Source: Auanema rhodensis (taxonomy: Eukaryota > Animalia > Nematoda). From it: a stretch of 64,000 nucleotides of DNA. A program made the translations under genes and the position numbers. The notes under the pieces are model-generated. The model did no database searches. It worked only from the letters and a program-made list of their open reading frames with translations, and had not been told where the DNA came from. This document shows, piece by piece, positions 53,901 through 64,000 of this stretch; the first letter of the stretch is position 1, and every line of letters begins with the position of its first letter. The DNA lies in NCBI GenBank assembly GCA_964057225.1, contig OZ059895.1, positions 10,664,001 through 10,728,000 of the forward strand. The letters are read 5' to 3'.

Positions 53901-56900
53901 TGAACCTTCATGGCCCGGTTAGTAGTTGGATCGGAGACGGCTTGAGAATCCCGGGTGGCGTATGCTTTTCAAATTTTTTTAACAATCATAACACGTTGAA
54001 AGTACGCCATGCAGCTGATTTTCAATTTTATCTCTTCCGTAATAAATGTTTTCAATTTTCAAGCAGTCTTACTTAGATAGCAAAACCCAAGGCAGGAAAT
54101 TATCTTTAATCTTGATTCTATATTACAACTATGAACCAGTAGGTAATGAACCTCCATGGCCGGTTAGTAGTTGGATCGGAGACGGCTGGGGAATCCCGGG
54201 TGGCGTAAGCTTTTCAAATTTTTTAACAATCATAACACGTTGAAAATACGCCATGTAGCTGATTTTTAATTTTATCTCTTCCGTAACAAATGTTTCCAAT
54301 TTTCAAGCAGTTTTACTTAGATAGCTCAACCCAAGGCAGCAAATTATCTTTAGTCTTATTTCTATATTACAGTTATGAACCAGTAGTTAATGAACCTTCA
54401 TGGCCCGGTTAGTAGTTGGATCGGAGACGGCTTGAGAATCCCGGGTGGCGTATGCTTTTCAAATTTTTTTAACAATCATAACACGTTGAAAGTACGCCAT
54501 GCAGCTGATTTTCAATTTTATCTCTTCCGTAATAAATGTTTTCAATTTTCAAGCAGTCTTACTTAGATAGCAAAACCCAAGGCAGCAAATTATCTTTAAT
54601 CTTGATTCTATATTACAGCTATGAACCAGTAGGTAATGAACCTCCATGGCCGGTTAGTAGTTGGATCGGAGACGGCTGGGGAATTCCGGGTGGCGTAAGC
54701 TTTTCAAATTTTTTTAACATTCATAACACGTTGAAAGTACGCCATGCAGCTGATTTTTAATTTTATCTCTTCCGTAAGAAATGTTTCCAATTTTCAAGCA
54801 GTTTTACTTAGATAGCTCAACCCAAGGCAGCAAAATATCTTTAATCTTATTTCTATATTACAGTTATGAACCAGTAGTTAATGAACCTTCATGGCCCGGT
54901 TAGTAGTTGGATCTGAGACGGCTTGGGAATCCCGGGTGGTGTAAGTTTTTCAAATTTTTTTAACAATCATAACACGTTGAAAGTACGCCATGCAGCTGAT
55001 TTTCAATTTTATCTCTTCCGTAATAAATGTTTTCATTTTTCAAGCAGTCTTACTTAGATAGCAAAACCCAAGGCAGCAATATATCTTTAGTCTTGATTCT
55101 ATATTACAGCTATGAACCAGTAGTTAATGAACCTCCATGGCCGGTTAGTAGTTGGATCGCAGACGGCTTGGGAATCCCGGGTGGCGTAAGCTTTTCAAAT
55201 TTTTTTAACAATCATAACACGTTAAAAGTACGCCATGCAGCTGATTTTTAATTTTGTCTCTTCCGTAACAAATTTATTCAATTTTCAAGCAGTTTTACTT
55301 AGACAGCTCAAACCACGGCAGCAAATTATCTTCAATCTTATTTCTATATTACAGTTATGAACCAGTAGTTAATGAACCTTCATGGCCCGGTTAGTAGTTG
55401 GATCGGAGACGGCTTTGGGAATCCCGGATGGCGTAAGCTTTTCAAATCTTTTCAACAATCATAACACGTTAAAAGTACGCCATGCAGCTGATTTTTAATT
55501 TTGACTCTTCCGTAACAAATTTATTCAATTTTCAAGCAGTTTTACTTAGATAGCTCAAACCACGGCAGCAAATTATCTTCAATCTTATTTCTATATTACA
55601 GTTATGAACGAGTAGTTAATGAACCTTCATGGCCCGGTTAGTAGTTGGATCGGAGACGGCTTGAGAATCCCGGGTGGCGTATGCTTTTCAAATTTTTTTA
55701 ACAATCATAACACGTTAAAAGTGCGCCATGCAGCTGATTTTCAATTTTATCTCTTCCGTAATAAATGTTTTCAATTTTCAAGCAGTCTCACTTAGATAGC
55801 TCAAACCACGGCAGCAAATTATCTTCAATATTATTTCTATATTACAGTTATGAACCAGTAGTTAATGAACTTTCATGGCCCGGTTAGTAGTTGGATCGGA
55901 GACGGCTTGGGAATCCCGGATGGCGTAAACTTTTCAAATTTTTTTAACAATCATAACACGTTGAAAGTACGCCATGCAGCTGATTTTCAATTTTATCTCT
56001 TCCGTAATAAATGTTTTCATTTTTCAAGCAGTCTTACTTAGATAGCAAAACCCAAGGCAGCAATATATCTTTAGTCTTGATTCTATATTACAGCTATGAA
56101 CCAGTAGTTAATGAACCTCCATGGCCGGTTAGTAGTTGGATCGCAGACGGCTTGGGAATCCCGGGTGGCGTAAGCTTTTCAAATTTTTTTAACAATCATA
56201 ACACGTTAAAAGCACGCCATGCAGCTGATTTTTAATTTTGTCTCTTCCGTAACAAATTTATTCAATTTTCAAGCAGTTTTACTTAGACAGCTCAAACCAC
56301 GGCAGCAAATTATCTTCAATCTTATTTCTATATTACAGTTATGAACCAGTAGTTAATGAACCTTCATGGCCCGGTTAGTAGTTGGATCGGAGACGGCTTT
56401 GGGAATCCCGGATGGCGTAAGCTTTTCAAATCTTTTCAACAATCATAACACGTTAAAAGTACGCCATGCAGCTGATTTTTAATTTTGCCTCTTCCGTAAC
56501 AAATTTATTCAATTTTCAAGCAGTTTTACTTAGATAGCTCAAACCACGGCAGCAAATTATCTTCAATCTTATTTCTATATTACAGTTATGAACGAGTAGT
56601 TAATGAACCTTCATGGCCCGGTTAGTAGTTGGATCGGAGACGGCTTGAGAATCCCGGGTGGCGTATGCTTTTCAAATTTTTTTAACAATCATAACACGTT
56701 AAAAGTGCGCCATGCAGCTGATTTTCAATTTTATCTCTTCCGTAATAAATGTTTTCAATTTTCAAGCAGTCTTACTTAGATAGCAAAACCCAAGGCAGCA
56801 AATTATCTTTAATCTTGATTCTATATTACAACTATGAACCAGTAGGTAATGAACCTTCATGGCCGGTTAGTAGTTGGATCGGAGACGGCTGGGGAATCCC

Positions 56901-59900
56901 GGGTGGCGTAAGCTTTTCAAATTTTTTAACAATCATAACACGTTGAAAATACGCCATGTAGCTGATTTTTAATTTTATCTCTTCCGTAACAAATGTTTCC
57001 AATTTTCAAGCAGTTTTACTTAGATAGCTCAACCCAAGGCAGCAAATTATCTTTAGTCTTATTTCTATATTACAGTTATGAACCAGTAGTTAATGAACCT
57101 CCATGGCCGGTTAGTAGTTGGATCGGAGACGGCTTTGGGAATCCCGGATGGCGTAAGCTTTTCAAATCTTTTCAACAATCATAACACGTTAAAAGTACGC
57201 CATGCAGCTGATTTTTAATTTTGTCTCTTCCGTAACAAATTTATTCAATTTTCGAGCAGTTTTACTTAGATAGCTCAAACCACGGCAGCAAATTATCTTC
57301 AATCTTATTTCTATATTACAGTTATGAACCAGTAGTTAATGAACCTTCATGGCCCGGTTAGTAGTTGGATCGGAGACGGCTTGAGAATCCCGGGTGGCGT
57401 ATGCTTTTCAAATTTTTTTAACAATCATAACACGTTAAAAGTGCGCCATGCAGCTGATTTTCAATTTTATCTCTTCCGTAATAAATGTTTTCAATTTTCA
57501 AGCAGTCTTACTTAGATAGCAAAACCCAAGGCAGCAAATTATCTTTAATCTTGATTCTATATTACAACTATGAACCAGTAGGTAATGAACCTCCATGGCC
57601 GGTTAGTAGTTGGATCGGAGACGGCTGGGGAATCCCGGGTGGCGTAAGCTTTTCAAATTTTTTAACAATCATAACACGTTGAAAATACGCCATGTAGCTG
57701 ATTTTTAATTTTATCTCTTCCGTAACAAATGTTTCCAATTTTCAAGCAGTTTTACTTAGATAGCTCAACCCAAGGCAGCAAATTATCTTTAGTCTTATTT
57801 CTATATTACAGTTATGAACCAGTAGTTAATGAACCTTCATGGCCCGGTTAGTAGTTGGATCGGAGACGGCTTGAGAATCCCGGGTGGCGTATGCTTTTCA
57901 AATTTTTTTAACAATCATAACACGTTGAAAGTACGCCATGCAGCTGATTTTCAATTTTATCTCTTCCGTAATAAATGTTCTCAATTTTCAAGCAGTCTTA
58001 CTTAGATAGCTCAACCCAACGCAGCAAATTATCTTTAGTCTTATTTCTATATTACAGTTATGAACCAGTAGTTAATGAACCTCCATGGCCGGTTAGTAGT
58101 TGGATCGGAGACGGCTTTGGGAATCCCGGATGGCGTAAGCTTTTCAAATCTTTTCAACAATCATAACACGTTAAAAGTACGCCATGCAGCTGATTTTTAA
58201 TTTTGTCTCTTCCGTAACAAATTTATTCAATTTTCGAGCAGTTTTACTTAGATAGCTCAAACCACGGCAGCAAATTATCTTCAATCTTATTTCTATATTA
58301 CAGTTATGAACCAGTAGTTAATGAACCTTCATGGCCCGGTTAGTAGTTGGATCGGAGACGGCTTGAGAATCCCGGGTGGCGTATGCTTTTCAAATTTTTT
58401 TAACAATCATAACACGTTAAAAGTGCGCCATGCAGCTGATTTTCAATTTTATCTCTTCCGTAATAAATGTTTTCAATTTTCAAGCAGTCTTACTTAGATA
58501 GCAAAACCCAAGGCAGCAAATTATCTTTAATCTTGATTCTATATTACAACTATGAACCAGTAGGTAATGAACCTCCATGGCCGGTTAGTAGTTGGATCGG
58601 AGACGGCTGGGGAATCCCGGGTGGCGTAAGCTTTTCAAATTTTTTAACAATCATAACACGTTGAAAATACGCCATGTAGCTGATTTTTAATTTTATCTCT
58701 TCCGTAACAAATGTTTCCAATTTTCAAGCAGTTTTACTTAGATAGCTCAACCCAAGGCAGCAAATTATCTTTAGTCTTATTTCTATATTACAGTTATGAA
58801 CCAGTAGTTAATGAACCTTCATGGCCCGGTTAGTAGTTGGATCGGAGACGGCTTGAGAATCCCGGGTGGCGTATGCTTTTCAAATTTTTTTAACAATCAT
58901 AACACGTTGAAAGTACGCCATGCAGCTGATTTTCAATTTTATCTCTTCCGTAATAAATGTTTTCAATTTTCAAGCAGTCTTACTTAGATAGCAAAACCCA
59001 AGGCAGCAAATTATCTTTAATCTTGATTCTATATTACAGCTATGAACCAGTAGGTAATGAACCTCCATGGCCGGTTAGTAGTTGGATCGGAGACGGCTTT
59101 GGGAATCCCGGATGGCGTAAGCTTTTCAAATCTTTTCAACAATCATAACACGTTAAAAGTACGCCATGCAGCTGATTTTTAATTTTGCCTCTTCCGTAAC
59201 AAATTTATTCAATTTTCAAGCAGTTTTACTTAGATAGCTCAACCCAAGGCAGCAAATTATCTTTAGTCTTATTTCTATATTACAGTTATGAACCAGTAGT
59301 TAATGAACCTCCATGGCCGGTTAGTAGTTGGATCGGAGACGGCTTTGGGAATCCCGGATGGCGTAAGCTTTTCAAATCTTTTCAACAATCATAACACGTT
59401 AAAAGTACGCCATGCAGCTGATTTTTAATTTTGTCTCTTCCGTAACAAATTTATTCAATTTTCGAGCAGTTTTACTTAGATAGCTCAAACCACGGCAGCA
59501 AATTATCTTCAATCTTATTTCTATATTACAGTTATGAACCAGTAGTTAATGAACCTTCATGGCCCGGTTAGTAGTTGGATCGGAGACGGCTTGAGAATCC
59601 CGGGTGGCGTATGCTTTTCAAATTTTTTTAACAATCATAACACGTTAAAAGTGCGCCATGCAGCTGATTTTCAATTTTATCTCTTCCGTAATAAATGTTT
59701 TCAATTTTCAAGCAGTCTTACTTAGATAGCAAAACCCAAGGCAGCAAATTATCTTTAATCTTGATTCTATATTACAACTATGAACCAGTAGGTAATGAAC
59801 CTCCATGGCCGGTTAGTAGTTGGATCGGAGACGGCTGGGGAATCCCGGGTGGCGTAAGCTTTTCAAATTTTTTAACAATCATAACACGTTGAAAATACGC

Positions 59901-62900
59901 CATGTAGCTGATTTTTAATTTTATCTCTTCCGTAACAAATGTTTCCAATTTTCAAGCAGTTTTACTTAGATAGCTCAACCCAAGGCAGCAAATTATCTTT
60001 AGTCTTATTTCTATATTACAGTTATGAACCAGTAGTTAATGAACCTTCATGGCCCGGTTAGTAGTTGGATCGGAGACGGCTTGAGAATCCCGGGTGGCGT
60101 ATGCTTTTCAAATTTTTTTAACAATCATAACACGTTGAAAGTACGCCATGCAGCTGATTTTCAATTTTATCTCTTCCGTAATAAATGTTTTCAATTTTCA
60201 AGCAGTCTTACTTAGATAGCAAAACCCAAGGCAGCAAATTATCTTTAATCTTGATTCTATATTACAGCTATGAACCAGTAGGTAATGAACCTCCATGGCC
60301 GGTTAGTAGTTGGATCGGAGACGGCTTTGGGAATCCCGGATGGCGTAAGCTTTTCAAATCTTTTCAACAATCATAACACGTTAAAAGTACGCCATGCAGC
60401 TGATTTTTAATTTTGCCTCTTCCGTAACAAATTTATTCAATTTTCAAGCAGTTTTACTTAGATAGCTCAAACCACGGCAGCAAATTATCTTCAATCTTAT
60501 TTCTATATTACAGTTATGAACGAGTAGTTAATGAACCTTCATGGCCCGGTTAGTAGTTGGATCGGAGACGGCTTGAGAATCCCGGGTGGCGTATGCTTTT
60601 CAAATTTTTTTAACAATCATAACACGTTAAAAGTGCGCCATGCAGCTGATTTTCAATTTTATCTCTTCCGTAATAAATGTTTTCAATTTTCAAGCAGTCT
60701 TACTTAGATAGCAAAACCCAAGGCAGCAAATTATCTTTAATCTTGATTCTATATTACAACTATGAACCAGTAGGTAATGAACCTCCATGGCCGGTTAGTA
60801 GTTGGATCGGAGACGGCTGGGGAATCCCGGGTGGCGTAAGCTTTTCAAATTTTTTAACAATCATAACACGTTGAAAATACGCCATGTAGCTGATTTTTAA
60901 TTTTATCTCTTCCGTAACAAATGTTTCCAATTTTCAAGCAGTTTTACTTAGATAGCTCAACCCAAGGCAGCAAATTATCTTTAGTCTTATTTCTATATTA
61001 CAGTTATGAACCAGTAGTTAATGAACCTCCATGGCCGGTTAGTAGTTGGATCGGAGACGGCTTTGGGAATCCCGGATGGCGTAAGCTTTTCAAATCTTTT
61101 CAACAATCATAACACGTTAAAAGTACGCCATGCAGCTGATTTTTAATTTTGTCTCTTCCGTAACAAATTTATTCAATTTTCGAGCAGTTTTACTTAGATA
61201 GCTCAAACCACGGCAGCAAATTATCTTCAATCTTATTTCTATATTACAGTTATGAACCAGTAGTTAATGAACCTTCATGGCCCGGTTAGTACTTGGATCG
61301 GAGACGGCTTTGGGAATCCCGGATGGCGTAAGCTTTTCAAATCTTTTCAACAATCATAACACGTTGAAAGTACGCCATGCAGCTGATTTTTAATTTTATC
61401 TCTTCCGTAACAAATGTTTCCAATTTTCAAGCAGTTTTACTTAGATAGCTCAACCCAAGGCAGCAAAATATCTTTAATCTTATTTCTATATTACAGTTAT
61501 GAACCAGTAGTTAATGAACCTTCATGGCCCGGTTAGTAGTTGGATCGGAGACGGCTTGGGAATCCCGGGTGGCGTAAGCTTTTCAAATTTTTTTAACAAT
61601 CATAACACGTTAAAAGTACGCCATGCAGCTGATTTTTAATTTTGTCTCTTCCGTAACAAATTTATTCAATTTTCAAGCAGTTTTACTTAGATAGCTCAAA
61701 CCACGGCAGCAAATTATCTTCAATATTATTTCTATATTACAGTTATGAACCAGTAGTTAATGAACTTTCATGGCCCGGTTAGTAGTTGGATCGGAGACGG
61801 CTTGGGAATCCCGGATGGCGTAAACTTTTCAAATTTTTTTAACAATCATAACACGTTGAAAGTACGCCATGCAGCTGATTTTTAATTTTATCTCTTCCGT
61901 AACAAATGTTTCCAATTTTCAAGCAGTTTTACTTAGATAGCTCAACCCAAGGCAGCAAAATATCTTTAATCTTATTTCTATATTACAGTTATGAACCAGT
62001 AGTTAATGAACCTTCATGGCCCGGTTAGTAGTTGGATCGGAGACGGCTTGGGAATCCCGGGTGGTGTAAGCTTTTCAAATTTTTTTAACAATCATAACAC
62101 GTTGAAAGTACGCCATGCAGCTGATTTTCAATTTTATCTCTTCCGTAACAAATTTATTCAATTTTCAAGCAGTTTTACTTAGACAGCTCAAACCACGGCA
62201 GCAAAATATCTTTAATCTTGATTCTATATTACAACTATGAACCAGTAGGTAATGAACCTCCATGGCCGGTTAGTAGTTGGATCGCAGACGGCTTGGGAAT
62301 CCCGGGTGGCGTAAGCTTTTCAAATTTTTTTAACAATCATAACACGTTAAAAGTACGCCATGCAGCTGATTTTTAATTTTGTCTCTTCCGTAACAAATTT
62401 ATTCAATTTTCAAGCAGTTTTACTTAGACAGCTCAAACCACGGCAGCAAATTATCTTCAATCTTATTTCTATATTACAGTTATGAACCAGTAGTTAATGA
62501 ACCTTCATGGCCCGGTTAGTAGTTGGATCGGAGACGGCTTTGGGAATCCCGGATGGCGTAAGCTTTTCAAATCTTTTCAACAATCATAACACGTTAAAAG
62601 TACGCCATGCAGCTGATTTTTAATTTTGTCTCTTCCGTAACAAATTTATTCAATTTTCAAGCAGTTTTACTTAGATAGCTCAAACCACGGCAGCAAATTA
62701 TCTTCAATCTTATTTCTATATTACAGTTATGAACGAGTAGTTAATGAACCTTCATGGCCCGGTTAGTAGTTGGATCGGAGACGGCTTGAGAATCCCGGGT
62801 GGCGTATGCTTTTCAAATTTTTTTAACAATCATAACACGTTAAAAGTGCGCCATGCAGCTGATTTTCAATTTTATCTCTTCCGTAATAAATGTTTTCATT

Positions 62901-64000
62901 TTTCAAGCAGTCTTACTTAGATAGCAAAACCCAAGGCAGCAATATATCTTTAGTCTTGATTCTATATTACAGCTATGAACCAGTAGTTAATGAACCTCCA
63001 TGGCCGGTTAGTAGTTGGATCGCAGACGGCTTGGGAATCCCGGGTGGCGTAAGCTTTTCAAATTTTTTTAACAATCATAACACGTTAAAAGTACGCCATG
63101 CAGCTGATTTTTAATTTTGTCTCTTCCGTAACAAATTTATTCAATTTTCAAGCAGTTTTACTTAGACAGCTCAAACCACGGCAGCAAATTATCTTCAATC
63201 TTATTTCTATATTACAGTTATGAACCAGTAGTTAATGAACCTTCATGGCCCGGTTAGTAGTTGGATCGGAGACGGCTTTGGGAATCCCGGATGGCGTAAG
63301 CTTTTCAAATCTTTTCAACAATCATAACACGTTAAAAGTACGTCATGCAGCTGATTTTTAATTTTGTCTCTTCCGTAACAAATTTATTCAATTTTCAAGC
63401 AGTTTTACTTAGATAGCTCAAACCACGGCAGCAAATTATCTTCAATCTTATTTCTATATTACAGTTATGAACGAGTAGTTAATGAACCTTCATGGCCCGG
63501 TTAGTAGTTGGATCGGAGACGGCTTGAGAATCCCGGGTGGCGTATGCTTTTCAAATTTTTTTAACAATCATAACACGTTAAAAGTGCGCCATGCAGCTGA
63601 TTTTCAATTTTATCTCTTCCGTAATAAATGTTTTCAATTTTCAAGCAGTCTTACTTAGATAGCAAAACCCAAGGCAGCAAATTATCTTTAATCTTGATTC
63701 TATATTACAACTATGAACCAGTAGGTAATGAACCTCCATGGCCGGTTAGTAGTTGGATCGGAGACGGCTGGGGAATCCCGGGTGGCGTAAGCTTTTCAAA
63801 TTTTTTAACAATCATAACACGTTGAAAATACGCCATGTAGCTGATTTTTAATTTTATCTCTTCCGTAACAAATGTTTCCAATTTTCAAGCAGTTTTACTT
63901 AGATAGCTCAACCCAAGGCAGCAAATTATCTTTAGTCTTATTTCTATATTACAGTTATGAACCAGTAGTTAATGAACCTTCATGGCCCGGTTAGTAGTTG

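Larger units (their letters stand above)
2996..64000 (+). repeat. 5S rDNA-derived tandem satellite, 245-247 bp monomer, about 220 head-to-tail copies, continues beyond the window
   Basis: GTTAGTAGTTGGATCGGAGACGGCT recurs every ~246 bp. First monomer: 2996-3050 5S nt 65-119; 3051-3065 T-rich; 3066-3094 5S nt 5-33; 3095-3116 linker; 3117-3241 spacer-derived. No inversion seen; interrupted only by four LINE copies. Confidence 0.98.

Noticed and set aside
3376-63825. Dozens of 63-91 aa ORFs (MFSIFKQ...)
   Set aside because: They are translations of the satellite monomer, appear or vanish with 1-bp indels, and read through 5S-derived sequence.
2996-64000. Functional 5S rDNA array, or 5S genes with a spliceable intron
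   Set aside because: Removing the 147-bp insert would still leave nt 34-64 and the 5' strand of helix I missing.

Overview
Eukaryotic, AT-rich, essentially all repetitive DNA. The 5S sequence looks nematode-like (compared from memory, no search run). 1-3241: three copies of a ~1.06-1.14 kb repeat; two carry a near-full-length 5S rRNA pseudogene (738-856, 2932-3050). ~2996-64000: about 220 tandem copies of a 245-247 bp satellite that grows directly out of the second 5S copy. Each monomer = 5S nt 65-119 + T-run terminator + 5S nt ~5-33 + 22-bp linker + 125 bp of the long-repeat spacer, and corresponds exactly to segment 802-1047 of the long unit, so the parent and an intermediate stage of this 5S-derived satellite are preserved at the array edge. 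The array has local higher-order repeats and a layered distribution of variants. At 39.4-50.9 kb one 5'-truncated CR1-like LINE (1537 bp, AACTAT target-site duplication) has been amplified four times inside a 3.26-3.5 kb LINE+satellite unit. The many 63-91 aa ORFs are satellite artefacts; no intact host gene is supported.
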